A DNA stretch of 64,000 bases from an uncultured Alphaproteobacteria bacterium (GTDB taxonomy: Bacteria > Pseudomonadota > Alphaproteobacteria > Rhizobiales > Xanthobacteraceae), in NCBI GenBank assembly GCA_963784325.1, contig CAWARC010000042.1:26841-90840 (forward strand), written 5' to 3'. The position numbers were made by a program, and so were the translations under genes. The notes beneath the pieces are model-generated. The model made no database searches. It was given only the letters and a program-made list of their open reading frames with translations, and had not been told where the DNA came from. This document shows, one piece after another, positions 27,597 through 37,030 of this stretch (its first letter is position 1; every line of letters starts with the position of its first letter).

Positions 27597-28748
27597 ATGA
27601 CAGACGCTGTACTGCTCGATCGGTCATCCCGCCGCGCACCGCCGCGGGTTGATGAAAGCAAGCTTTCACAACCGCTGCAGGATTTGTTCGCAAGCTGGCG
27701 GCAGGAGTTAAAGCACGAGTTCAAGGGTCTCGCCGCCGAAGGTGAGATCGAGACAAATCTGTTTCCGCTGCGCGCGACCGGGGCCTCGACACAGCCGTTG
27801 CTTGCCGCCGTCAATGACTTTTTGGCCTCTCTCGATGCCAAGCAACGCGCCGCCGTGAGCTACCCCGCGGATAGCGAAGTCTGGCGGCATTGGAGCAATA
27901 TCCACCGCAATGTGATGCGGCATGGGCTGTGTTTTGCTGAATTGAGCGATCGCCAGCTCGAGCTCGCTTACGGCATCATGCGGGTGGCACTGGGCACGCG
28001 GGCTTACGAGACCGCGCGCAATGCCATGCGGCTCAATGAGCATCTGGCCGAGCTCACCGGCCTGCCCGACGAGTTCGGCGAGTTTTTCTACTGGATCAGC
28101 ATTTTTGGAACGCCGGCTGCCGATGCGCCCTGGGGTTTCCAGATCGACGGCCATCACTGCAACATCAATTGCTTCGTGCTCGGCGACCAGATGGTGCTGA
28201 CGCCGATGCTGCTGGGATCGGAGCCGGTTACGGCGGAATCCGGAAAATACAGGGGCACCACGGTGCTGCGCGAGGAAGAGGCGCGAGGCTGGGCGTTCAT
28301 GAATTCCCTGACGCCCGAACAGCGCGCCAAGGCGACGATCGGCTACGATCTGCCGTTTGACGGCTTCGCGTCAGGCTTCAAGGATAATGTCGTTATCCCC
28401 TATGACGGCCTGCGCGTGGCCGATATGACGCCAGCGCAACGGACTTTGCTCGCCGACTTGATCAAGCTCTATACCGACCGGCTGCCGTCTGCACATGCGA
28501 AAGTGCGGTTCGACGAAGTCAACCAGCATCTCGGCGAAACGATCTTCGCCTGGATCGGGCAGTTCGATCCGGTGGCGCCGTTCTATTATCGCATCTACAG
28601 CCCGGTGATCTTCATCGAGTTCTACCACCAGCCCGGCGTGGCGCTGCCGAATACCGGCTATAACCGCCGCCACGCCCATGCGCTGGTTCGCACGCCAAAC
28701 GGCAACGACTACGGCCGTGTACTGCTGCGGCAGTTCGAGGCAGATTAG
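27597..28748 (+). CDS. DUF3500 domain protein
   Basis: 383 aa: ...FYWISIFGTPAADAPWGFQIDGHHCNINCFVLGDQMVLTPMLLGSEP... No signal peptide and no obvious RBS, so the start is uncertain. Confidence 0.65.
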   Translation: MTDAVLLDRSSRRAPPRVDESKLSQPLQDLFASWRQELKHEFKGLAAEGEIETNLFPLRATGASTQPLLAAVNDFLASLDAKQRAAVSYPADSEVWRHWSNIHRNVMRHGLCFAELSDRQLELAYGIMRVALGTRAYETARNAMRLNEHLAELTGLPDEFGEFFYWISIFGTPAADAPWGFQIDGHHCNINCFVLGDQMVLTPMLLGSEPVTAESGKYRGTTVLREEEARGWAFMNSLTPEQRAKATIGYDLPFDGFASGFKDNVVIPYDGLRVADMTPAQRTLLADLIKLYTDRLPSAHAKVRFDEVNQHLGETIFAWIGQFDPVAPFYYRIYSPVIFIEFYHQPGVALPNTGYNRRHAHALVRTPNGNDYGRVLLRQFEAD

Positions 28749-29926
28749 CCTTTGCCGGCTGGATTGCCGCCCAAAACTTCCGCGATCCAGTCGCAGATGA
28801 ATTCGCGTGTCGGCGCAACATTGTCGACGCCGCAGTGCTCGGCGCCGCCGTCGGCTAGCGTCTGCACGTGAAGCTCGGCTTTGGGACTGGACGTGCAATC
28901 GGCGATCAATTGCTTCGCCTGGCTCAGCGGAATCTGGCGATCGTTTTCGCCGTGAATGCAGAGGATGGGGCATTTGATCTGATGCAGGATGCCTCGCAGC
29001 GATAGTTTCTCCGAGACCGCAACCACCTCCTCGACCGAGGACTTGCCGAACACCCAGCCGACATGGTCCCAGTAGTGCGGTACCGGCAGCCGCTGATCCT
29101 TCGATTCATAGCGCCGCCGCTGCGTCTCGCCCCAATCGTAATTGGCGCCCCAGGCAACGGCGCATTTGAACCGTGGCTCGAACGCGGCCGCGCGCGGCGC
29201 GTGATAGCCGCCAAGTGACAGCGCCATGATGCCGATGCGGTTGCGATCGATACCGGCCGTCGATTGCAGGAAATCAACCGCGGCCCCGGCTGGAATTTCC
29301 GCCTCGGGGCCGTTGTGCAGCCCACGCAGGCGCAGCGACTCGCCGACGCCCGGATTGTCGACCACGAGGGTCGCAATGCCGCGCTCCGCCAGCGCCCCCG
29401 GCACGCCGACGAGATAGATGATCTCCTTGGTGACATCGAGGCCGTCAAAATGAACCATGCAGGGTGTATCGCCCGCCGCGTTCTGCGGTACCACGAGAAG
29501 TGCGGGCAGGGACGTACTGAGATAGGGCACGTCGACGCGGCGGCAGTTCTGTCGCGTCAGCGCCAGGAAACGGGAAAAACAGTCGAGCGCCTCGCGGTAG
29601 GCTTCCTGGCGCGGTGCGAAATCCGGCCGCTGCATCCGCTCCGCTTGAATGAGCGCAATGAAGGCGCGGCGATATTTAGCGCCGGCGCTGAGCAGCCGCC
29701 CGTGCGCCTCGTCCGCCGCCGCCTGATGCTTGAGCTTGGCGCCGAGCGCGGTCCAATTCTCGAAGAACTTTTCCGCGGCGGCATCGTCGCGTTGCTTCGC
29801 CAAAGGCCGCAGCGCCCGCGAGGCGTCATCGATGTCGCCGATGCTGCCGCCCATGCCGAGCGCAAGATTGACCGCCATGTTCCAGGTGTAGTTATCCTCG
29901 AAGTATTCGAACATTTTTTCATTCAT
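28745..29926 (-). CDS. Alpha/beta hydrolase (2,6-dihydroxypseudooxynicotine-hydrolase-like C-C/ester hydrolase family)
   Basis: 393 aa: ...FDGLDVTKE...VVDNPGVGES...IGIMALSLGGYHA (nucleophile elbow)...IHGENDRQIP. Confidence 0.65.
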   Translation of the reverse strand: MNEKMFEYFEDNYTWNMAVNLALGMGGSIGDIDDASRALRPLAKQRDDAAAEKFFENWTALGAKLKHQAAADEAHGRLLSAGAKYRRAFIALIQAERMQRPDFAPRQEAYREALDCFSRFLALTRQNCRRVDVPYLSTSLPALLVVPQNAAGDTPCMVHFDGLDVTKEIIYLVGVPGALAERGIATLVVDNPGVGESLRLRGLHNGPEAEIPAGAAVDFLQSTAGIDRNRIGIMALSLGGYHAPRAAAFEPRFKCAVAWGANYDWGETQRRRYESKDQRLPVPHYWDHVGWVFGKSSVEEVVAVSEKLSLRGILHQIKCPILCIHGENDRQIPLSQAKQLIADCTSSPKAELHVQTLADGGAEHCGVDNVAPTREFICDWIAEVLGGNPAGKG

Positions 29927-29959
29927 GGCGCGGTCAGCGTGCCATCCCCCGTTGTTTAA

Positions 29960-31297
29960 TTAAATCGCCATAGCACGAGTTAAATCCTGCATGGTCGACA
30001 AAAGCGACTGGCGTGAGCGCAGGACCGACATGCTGGATCGCCATAGAGGCTCGGCGCTGTCGCCGCCGAGGACGGAGCCGACATTGTTCAGAAACTTGCT
30101 CCGGACGTCTGCTTCGGCGAACGGCCGTGCCGGATCGCCGGGAACGTCGCGCACGCGCCGCTCATGGCGGCCGGACGGCGTGGTGACGACCACGCGTGCG
30201 GGCCACGCACTCGGGTAATCGGTAAGAAGAGCATCATCGGCGGTAACCCGCACGAGCGCCATGAAGGACTGGAGCGCCGGCAGTGACTGCACGGCGGGCT
30301 CGCCAAGGCCGAGCATTGCGTCCGGATGCAGCGCCATCATCGCCAGCTGATAGGGCAGGCTGGTCAGAAACGACGCTCTGTTGCCGGGATGGATTCCATG
30401 ATCGATCATTTTCAGATGCGGCGGCGGCACGTAAGCAGTGATTTCCGAAATTTTGGTAGCGGCAACGCCGCCGTCGAGGATTTCGCGCAGCGCCTGCGTC
30501 GCCGCCATGGTTTGGCGCGCCGCGCACCACGGCTTGAAGGAAACGTGCGCTAGCGCCGCGGCGGCATTTGGCTCGCTCATCGCCGCAATATCGGGCTCGA
30601 TGCCATAGACGTCCGGAAATAGCCGGGATCGCAGCACGCCGGTGTCGGCGGTGAAACCGGCCTGCGCGGCGTAGGCAGCCGTCAAGCCCTCACGCGCGGC
30701 ATTGCCGGCTAAGAGCCATCTGGCCGTGCTTGCGGCGTGATGCTGACCGACCGCGGGCGCTGCCATATTAAGCGCCAAGGCAAGAGCGTGGGCGGTTCGC
30801 GCCTCGTCGAGATGCAGTAGCCGCGCCGCCACTGCCGCGGCGGCGAAGCCGGCGCCGAAATAAGTCGGCCAGATGCCGCGGTAGAGAATGTTTGGGCCCT
30901 TAAGGGCAAGACCCAACCGGACCATCGCCTCATAGCCGGCGAGCATCGCGGCCGCGACATCACCCACATCCGCATCCGGTAATGTCGCAGCCAAAGTCAT
31001 CGCCGCGGGGATGACAATCGAGCCGGGCGTCGTCATCGACGCCAGATGAATGTCGTCGAGTTCGCTCAGGCGGGTCAGAGCACAATGGGTGGCGAGATCG
31101 TCCGCCACGGTGTCACCGGCCGCAGGCTGTCGACGACGAAAGGCCAGGAGCAGCTTGCCTTCAGGCGTCCTTGTCGCCGCGATCCAGGCGCCGATGGTAT
31201 CGGCCACATGAAGGCGCAGCTTGTCCAGCGTTGCCGCTGCTACGTCTGCGGTTCGCAGCCGGACGATCAGCGCGGCCAACTCATCGATGCCATTCAT
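29960..31297 (-). CDS. MmgE/PrpD family protein
   Basis: Trimmed to ATG 31297, which forms an ATGA overlap with the upstream stop. MNGIDELAALIVRLRTADVAAATLDKLRLHVADTIGAWIAA... Confidence 0.7.
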   Translation of the reverse strand: MNGIDELAALIVRLRTADVAAATLDKLRLHVADTIGAWIAATRTPEGKLLLAFRRRQPAAGDTVADDLATHCALTRLSELDDIHLASMTTPGSIVIPAAMTLAATLPDADVGDVAAAMLAGYEAMVRLGLALKGPNILYRGIWPTYFGAGFAAAAVAARLLHLDEARTAHALALALNMAAPAVGQHHAASTARWLLAGNAAREGLTAAYAAQAGFTADTGVLRSRLFPDVYGIEPDIAAMSEPNAAAALAHVSFKPWCAARQTMAATQALREILDGGVAATKISEITAYVPPPHLKMIDHGIHPGNRASFLTSLPYQLAMMALHPDAMLGLGEPAVQSLPALQSFMALVRVTADDALLTDYPSAWPARVVVTTPSGRHERRVRDVPGDPARPFAEADVRSKFLNNVGSVLGGDSAEPLWRSSMSVLRSRQSLLSTMQDLTRAMAI

Positions 31298-32421
31298 GGC
31301 TTTGCGCAGTCCCTCCACAGTACGTCGGAGCCGCCCGCGGTCATCGCGACAACGACCGATGAGATTGCGCCCGCTCCCGTTTCGTCGAGCAGGCCCGCGC
31401 GCAGCGTATAGACCGCTCCTGCCTCAAGCCTCGCATTGCTGTCGCGCGCCAAGATCGGCGGTTCATCCAGCGCCAACCCAATGGAGCTGCCGAAAACGTT
31501 ATCGGCCAGGGGATGGAGCCGGAAGCCGCCGCGTTCTGCGTCGATTACTCTTGCAAGATCGCGGCACGACAGGCCAGGTTCGGCCGCGGCGACCATAGAA
31601 TTCAGAATGCCGTCGATCGTTGCTTGTAGCGTATCGCCCACCGGCGCGACGCGGATAAAACCATCGGCCCAGTAGCCGCTCTGCCGCGTGGCGAAATAAG
31701 CCTGGAGCGGATCGCACCGTTCGGCAACCGGGATATCGAACGGCCGGAGCGTGCGGCCGCCGTCCAGGCTGAACAAGCTGCGCACATCCTGCGCACCGCG
31801 CTGCAAGGCTGCATGTTCGGCAAGCAGAATGCAGTCGGTCACGCTCTCGCGGTTATGTGAAGCGGCGCGCAACGCCTGCGCCGCCGCCTCGAGCGTAGCG
31901 CAGGCCTCGCGTAAGGCATGCAGCTCACGCGGGCGCTTTATCGCCATAGACGTCCGCAAAGTAGCGTCCGCCGTCTCGGTTTTGCGGTCGGCACCGAGCG
32001 CCTGATTGAAGGCGCGGTGCATGTCCGTTGGCATCGCATCCCCGCCGATCAATAGAATATCGCCGGCGGGAAGAGTGTGTGCCCAGGCAGCGGCCGCCTT
32101 TGCCGCTTCGCGCAGCGGCGCCAGATTTTCGAGGAAGGTCAAAGGTTTTGCCGCCGGCACCATGTTGACGCCGCCGCCGATGAGAAGCCGCGCTTCGCCG
32201 CGGCGCGGTATGAACGCCAGAGCGGCTTCAAGCTTCGGCGTGAAATTGGTGAGGTAAGCGAGCGCGGCATGGTCGCCGCTGTTGCCGTAGACGACAGCGC
32301 CGCTGGCGTTAGGGTGGTCGCGCCATAGGTCCGTCAGCCGCTCGTCAAATTCCTCGCGCGGCATCTGCTTCGGCTCCCAATCGGCCGGACCGACCAGAAG
32401 GGTAGGGTGCATGGTTTGCAT
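31294..32421 (-). CDS. M24-fold (creatinase/Xaa-Pro peptidase-like) protein with apparently degenerate metal site
   Basis: 375 aa with a creatinase-like N-domain and pita-bread C-domain (...GYWADGFIRVAP...GSSIGLALDEPPIL...). The canonical D/D/H/E/E positions look substituted when read by eye. Confidence 0.6.
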   Translation of the reverse strand: MQTMHPTLLVGPADWEPKQMPREEFDERLTDLWRDHPNASGAVVYGNSGDHAALAYLTNFTPKLEAALAFIPRRGEARLLIGGGVNMVPAAKPLTFLENLAPLREAAKAAAAWAHTLPAGDILLIGGDAMPTDMHRAFNQALGADRKTETADATLRTSMAIKRPRELHALREACATLEAAAQALRAASHNRESVTDCILLAEHAALQRGAQDVRSLFSLDGGRTLRPFDIPVAERCDPLQAYFATRQSGYWADGFIRVAPVGDTLQATIDGILNSMVAAAEPGLSCRDLARVIDAERGGFRLHPLADNVFGSSIGLALDEPPILARDSNARLEAGAVYTLRAGLLDETGAGAISSVVVAMTAGGSDVLWRDCAKP

Positions 32422-32439
32422 CGTGATCGTTCTTGTCCG

Positions 32440-33546
32440 TCAGACCGCGATTTCCGCCAAGGCAGCCTGCTGCCGCGTGAGCACCTCGACGCCTTGCGCC
32501 GTCATCACCACCGGCTCGCCGCAGAGGAGATATCCGGTCTCTGGCAAATATTGGTTCGGGTGAATCATGAATAGCATGTCGGGCTCGAGCACGATCTTGT
32601 TGTCGAGCGCGACGTCGCCCGGCCCGATCGAGCCAAACCCGAGACCGTGGCCGCGGCGCCGGATATGCGGCGGATGACAGAATTCACCGTAGCCTTCTGC
32701 CTCCAGCACAGTATTGATCGCAGCGCAGACGTCGGCCATCACGGCGCCCGGTTTTGCCGCGGCGAAACCCGCTTTCATGGCGGTCGCCACCAGATCGTAT
32801 TTTTCGCGGAGCAGCGCCGGCGCTTCCCCGAGCACGATGGTGCGGCAGATTTGCGCGAGCTGGCCGCGATAGCTCGGCGTGAGTTCGCACACAATAATGT
32901 CGCCTTTCTGCATCCGCCTGCCATTCGACGGCGCCACCGCTTTGTTGTGCGGACCGGCGCAGAGCAGGACGAAATTGTCCTCCGCGCCGAGCGATTTCGA
33001 GTGCCAGCGCAGTTCGCTCGCCAATTCGTCCTCGCTCATTCCGGGCCGCGCCAGCTCGAGCAAATGCTGGAAGCCAAGCTCGGCGATGCGTGTTGCCTCG
33101 CGTGCATAGGCGAGCTCGGTATCGATCTTGCGCCGTGCCGGTTCGAATATGATGGCATCGGCCGGTCGCGCACGGGGCAAGAGGTCGCTCAGGCGCTTGC
33201 CGATGCGGTATGGCGCCGCTGCCAGTCCGGCGGTGCCGATTTCATCGGGAGACGATCCGAGCGCCGCCTCGATTCCACCAATGACATCGTCGGCAGGAAT
33301 GACCTTCGCGCCGGGGCAGCATTCGCGCGCCCGCTCGACATCCCATCGCGGCGTCACCACAAGGCTGACCGCACCCCCCCGGTCAAGCATGGCTGCGGCC
33401 GGGCCGAGCGCCTTGAATCCGGTCAGCACTTTGACCGGGTCAGGCTTCTCGATGAAATGCGCGCCGTCGTGCACCGCCACGACGTGGTCGAGCGAGGTCG
33501 CGCATAGCCGTTCGCGAATTTCGGCGAGGCGTTGTTCGAACGTCAT
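32440..33546 (-). CDS. M24-fold (creatinase/Xaa-Pro dipeptidase-like) protein
   Basis: 368 aa: ...GDIIVCELTPSYRGQLAQICRTIVLG...GHGLGFG...LEPDMLFMIHPN...GEPVVMT. Confidence 0.65.
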   Translation of the reverse strand: MTFEQRLAEIRERLCATSLDHVVAVHDGAHFIEKPDPVKVLTGFKALGPAAAMLDRGGAVSLVVTPRWDVERARECCPGAKVIPADDVIGGIEAALGSSPDEIGTAGLAAAPYRIGKRLSDLLPRARPADAIIFEPARRKIDTELAYAREATRIAELGFQHLLELARPGMSEDELASELRWHSKSLGAEDNFVLLCAGPHNKAVAPSNGRRMQKGDIIVCELTPSYRGQLAQICRTIVLGEAPALLREKYDLVATAMKAGFAAAKPGAVMADVCAAINTVLEAEGYGEFCHPPHIRRRGHGLGFGSIGPGDVALDNKIVLEPDMLFMIHPNQYLPETGYLLCGEPVVMTAQGVEVLTRQQAALAEIAV

Positions 33547-33552
33547 GGTCGC

Positions 33553-34536
33553 TCAGAACTCTTCGCTGCCGCCGGCGTCGCCGAGATCGGTATCGGCGAA
33601 CAGCTCGTCAAGCGGGGCAATCGTGCCGATCAAGCCTTGCTGGTGACAGTAGCGCTGCACCGTCTGCAAGTTCTTGCGGTTGACTACGGTCAGTCCATAA
33701 GCCCACGGGTCCTTGCCGAGGGTGGCCTCCTGCTCCTCGACTGCGGTCCGCACGAATGCAAGCGGCACCATGCGCGGATTGGCGAGCCGCCGGTAGGCGA
33801 GCTGTTTTGACTGCTCGAAGGCTTTGACCAGATTGGTCGCCACCCAGGGATATTTATCGGCGATCTCCTGCTTGACCGTGGTGACGTGCATAATGGGAAA
33901 GATGCCGGTGTCCTTGAAATAAGCGAGCTCGACCTCTTTGTGATTGGGAAACAGGCGGGCGATGCGCTTGTCGCCCTCGACGAATGGCCGCGGCAAAGTC
34001 GGCGAGATCATCGCCGGAATATCGCCGTCGGCCAGCATGTCGCTCAGCGGCTTGTCGGTTTTCTTCATCTCGATACGCAAGCCGGGCGGCGGCTTGAACG
34101 CTACGTCTTCGGAGCGGTCGACGAGCCAAGTGATCGAACGATGGTCGAGACCGTAATGCTCGTCGAGGATGCCGCGGATCCAGATGCTGGCGGCAGGCTG
34201 GAAATTGGTGCCGCCGACCACCTTGCCGTTGAGATCCTTCGGCGTCTTGATCCCGGCCGCGGAGTTGACGAAGACAAAGCCGTGGCGGAAACGGCGATGC
34301 AGGAAGACCGGAATGGCGGTGAGCGACTCGCCTTGGTCGCGGATCATGAAATAGGCGCCGACATTCTCTTCGCAGACGTCGAATTCGTGCTTGCGGCCCA
34401 TGCGCCAGTGCCGTTCGCGCGGACCCATCTCGGAGAGAAAAATGAGCTCGAGGCCGTCGGCCTCCACCGTTCCCTCCTTGAGCGGGCGCACGATGTCGTA
34501 GTCGCCGCAGGCCACCGTCAATCTGAGCTTGGTCAT
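33553..34536 (-). CDS. Cytoplasmic SBP-fold (NMT1/THI5-like) protein of the type annotated as 4,5-dihydroxyphthalate decarboxylase
   Basis: 327 aa, no signal peptide: MTKLRLTVACGDYDIVRPLKEGTVEADGLELIFL...VFLHRRFRHGFVFVN...FPIMHVTTVKQEI. Confidence 0.6.
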   Translation of the reverse strand: MTKLRLTVACGDYDIVRPLKEGTVEADGLELIFLSEMGPRERHWRMGRKHEFDVCEENVGAYFMIRDQGESLTAIPVFLHRRFRHGFVFVNSAAGIKTPKDLNGKVVGGTNFQPAASIWIRGILDEHYGLDHRSITWLVDRSEDVAFKPPPGLRIEMKKTDKPLSDMLADGDIPAMISPTLPRPFVEGDKRIARLFPNHKEVELAYFKDTGIFPIMHVTTVKQEIADKYPWVATNLVKAFEQSKQLAYRRLANPRMVPLAFVRTAVEEQEATLGKDPWAYGLTVVNRKNLQTVQRYCHQQGLIGTIAPLDELFADTDLGDAGGSEEF

Positions 34537-34558
34537 TTTCTTTTCCCGGATATGCCGC

Positions 34559-35374
34559 TTAGTCCCGCCACCGCGCGTAATGCAGCTCGATACGGCGAAC
34601 AGACTCGTTGAGAGCGATCGCGATCGCCGCCAGCACCGAAACGAGGCCCATCAGCTTGGTTGCATCGAAGTTCTGCGTGAAGATGCTGGTGAAATAACCG
34701 ATGCCCGCAGTGGAAACATAGAGCTCGGCCAGCAGCACGCCGAGCAAGACGCCGCTCATGCCGAGGCGCAGCCCGGTGAAGAAACTCGGAACCAAGTGCG
34801 GGAAGATCACATACCGCAGCAGGTGCCAGCGGCTCGCGCCCATCGAGCGTGCACTGTTGAAATACACCGGCTCGATCTTTTGCACGCCGGCTGCCACCGC
34901 GATCATGATCGGAAACATGCCATGGCTGACGCCGAAAGCAATCTTCGACGCGACGCCGATGCCGAAGACCAGCACGAATATCGGCAGGATGGTGATCTGC
35001 GGCAAGCCATAGAGCAAAAGTATGATCGGCATGAAGCTTTGATGGGCGAAGCGGCTGAGCCCGACGGCAAGCCCCATCGCGGCGCCGATAATCGCCGACA
35101 AGATGAAGCCGATGGTAATCTCATATAATGTCAGCCACAGCGCCGATGGTACGCCGGGGGTGCGGAACAACTCGCCGAGCGAGGTCAATACCGTCGAAGG
35201 CGGGCTGACGAAATCCCGGTCGAGAAAGAAACGCGCCGCGATCTCCCAGACGACGACGAGCAGGATCACGATACCGGCACGAGCGACGCCAGGGTGGCGC
35301 ATGAGCCAGCGCCGAAAGCCGGCGGCGGCCGGCCCTGCGGCCGGACGTGCAGTCTGAGCGCTGGTCACCGCCAT
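34559..35374 (-). CDS. ABC transporter permease (NitT/TauT family)
   Basis: 271 aa; BPD_transp_1-like ...SARSMGASRWHLLRYVIFPHLVPSFFTGLRLG. Confidence 0.8.
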   Translation of the reverse strand: MAVTSAQTARPAAGPAAAGFRRWLMRHPGVARAGIVILLVVVWEIAARFFLDRDFVSPPSTVLTSLGELFRTPGVPSALWLTLYEITIGFILSAIIGAAMGLAVGLSRFAHQSFMPIILLLYGLPQITILPIFVLVFGIGVASKIAFGVSHGMFPIMIAVAAGVQKIEPVYFNSARSMGASRWHLLRYVIFPHLVPSFFTGLRLGMSGVLLGVLLAELYVSTAGIGYFTSIFTQNFDATKLMGLVSVLAAIAIALNESVRRIELHYARWRD

Positions 35375-36138
35375 CGTGCCCGTCCTTCGATTTTCGACAC
35401 CACGGCGTTGAGAAATGCCACGATCGCAATGACGACCGCGATGTAAGCGAACATCCGCGCCGTATCCATGTTCTCGGCGAGGTCGACGATGTGATGGCCA
35501 AGGCCGGCGAACGAGGCGATGGTCTCGCTCGCTATGACCGATAGGAGGGCGACGGTGAAACCCAGGCGCAATCCGGCGAGGATCACTGGCAGCGCGGCGG
35601 GCAGCAGCACGTGCCGAAACATCTGAATATTATTTGCCCCCATCGAGCGGGCCGCGGTCAACAGCCGGCGATCGACGTGACCGAATCCGACGATGGTGCT
35701 GAGCACAATCGGAAAGAAGCTGATTGTGGCGCCCAGCGCGATCTTCGACGCCGGGCCGAGGCCGAGCAGCAAGACATAGAGCGGCAGGAACAGGATGATC
35801 GGGATCGCATAGATCGCCGAGAGCAAGGGTTCGAACACCCTGATCCAATATCGCGAGCGGCTGATCAGATAGCCGATCGTGATGCCAAGCGACATCGCGA
35901 TTGCGAAGGCAGCCGCGAGCTCGCCGAGCGTCACACGCAGGTCCGGAATGAACGCGCCGGTGGCGACGATATCGACAAGCTGATGCCAGACATTGACCGG
36001 ATTAGGCAGCAATATGCGGCTGACGCCCCACTTTGTCGTGGCCAGAAACCAGAGTAGCAGCACAATCGCCAGGAATGCGGTCTGCACCAGCGCGCTCGAC
36101 AACCGGTGCGAGGCGTTCATTCGTCCGTCGCCGTTCAT
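35365..36138 (-). CDS. ABC transporter permease (NitT/TauT family), second subunit
   Basis: 257 aa: ...AARSMGANNIQMFRHVLLPAALPVILAGLRLG. Overlaps both neighbouring genes. Confidence 0.8.
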   Translation of the reverse strand: MNGDGRMNASHRLSSALVQTAFLAIVLLLWFLATTKWGVSRILLPNPVNVWHQLVDIVATGAFIPDLRVTLGELAAAFAIAMSLGITIGYLISRSRYWIRVFEPLLSAIYAIPIILFLPLYVLLLGLGPASKIALGATISFFPIVLSTIVGFGHVDRRLLTAARSMGANNIQMFRHVLLPAALPVILAGLRLGFTVALLSVIASETIASFAGLGHHIVDLAENMDTARMFAYIAVVIAIVAFLNAVVSKIEGRARWR

Positions 36139-36995
36139 GCGTGCCCCCCGTCCGTCTCGGCTGAGCCGGCTTGGCCATAGCGGCGGCGCGGCTGCGCACT
36201 CTCCGATATGGCTTTGCGGATTTCGTCATGCAGCAGGCCATAGAGTTGGTCGCGCAGCGCATGGAATTTTGGCGCCGTCATGAAGGACGGCTTGCGCGGA
36301 TGCGGCTCGTCGACGGGGATGATTTGCTTGATCGTCCCGGGCCGCGCCGAGAACACGGCCACGCGGTCGGCCAGGAACACGGCCTCGCCGAGACTATGGG
36401 TGACGAAGACGATGGTCTTGTTCGATCGCGACAGCAGCACCGAAAGATCTTCGCCGAGCACCATGCGCGTTTGCTCGTCGAGCGCGCCAAACGGCTCGTC
36501 CATCAACAGAATGTCAGTCTCCAGGCTGAGCGCGCGGGCAAGCGCGGCGCGCTGGCGCATGCCGCCCGACAATTGGGCCGGATAATGCTCGGTGAAGTCG
36601 AGGAGACCGACAGCCTCCAGTGCGCGGCGGGCGCGCGGACCGCGCTCGGCCTTGGCGACGCCCTGGAACGTCATCCCAAGCACGACGTTTTCAAGCACCG
36701 TATTCCATGGAAACAGCGCGCTTTCCTGAAACACGAAGGCGAGGTCGCGCGGCATCGGCCCGCGCACCGGCGTGCCCGCGACCGCGACCGTGCCGGTGGT
36801 CGGCGCAAATAGTCCTCCCATAATGCCGAGCAACGTCGACTTGCCGCATCCCGAGGGTCCGATCAGGCACAACAATTCGCCGCGCGCGACATCGAGCGAC
36901 GTATCGAGGAGCGCCTGCACATGACGTGCTTCGCCTGGCTCGCCAAACTGATGCGAGACGCCGTTGACGCGGATGGCGGGCTGCGCGGATGCCAT
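36135..36995 (-). CDS. ABC transporter ATP-binding protein (NitT/TauT family)
   Basis: 286 aa. Walker A GPSGCGKST, signature LSGGMRQR, Walker B LLMDEPFGALD. Confidence 0.85.
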   Translation of the reverse strand: MASAQPAIRVNGVSHQFGEPGEARHVQALLDTSLDVARGELLCLIGPSGCGKSTLLGIMGGLFAPTTGTVAVAGTPVRGPMPRDLAFVFQESALFPWNTVLENVVLGMTFQGVAKAERGPRARRALEAVGLLDFTEHYPAQLSGGMRQRAALARALSLETDILLMDEPFGALDEQTRMVLGEDLSVLLSRSNKTIVFVTHSLGEAVFLADRVAVFSARPGTIKQIIPVDEPHPRKPSFMTAPKFHALRDQLYGLLHDEIRKAISESAQPRRRYGQAGSAETDGGHA

Positions 36996-37030
36996 GCAGT
37001 CTCGATGTTGAACGAGCCGGGCCGCAACAC

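Noticed and set aside
28745-28748. Convergent genes whose stop codons overlap (TTAG: TAG for DUF3500 on the + strand, TAA for the hydrolase on the - strand).
   Set aside because: Real but ordinary gene packing in compact bacterial genomes. There is no evidence of special function beyond the absence of terminators.
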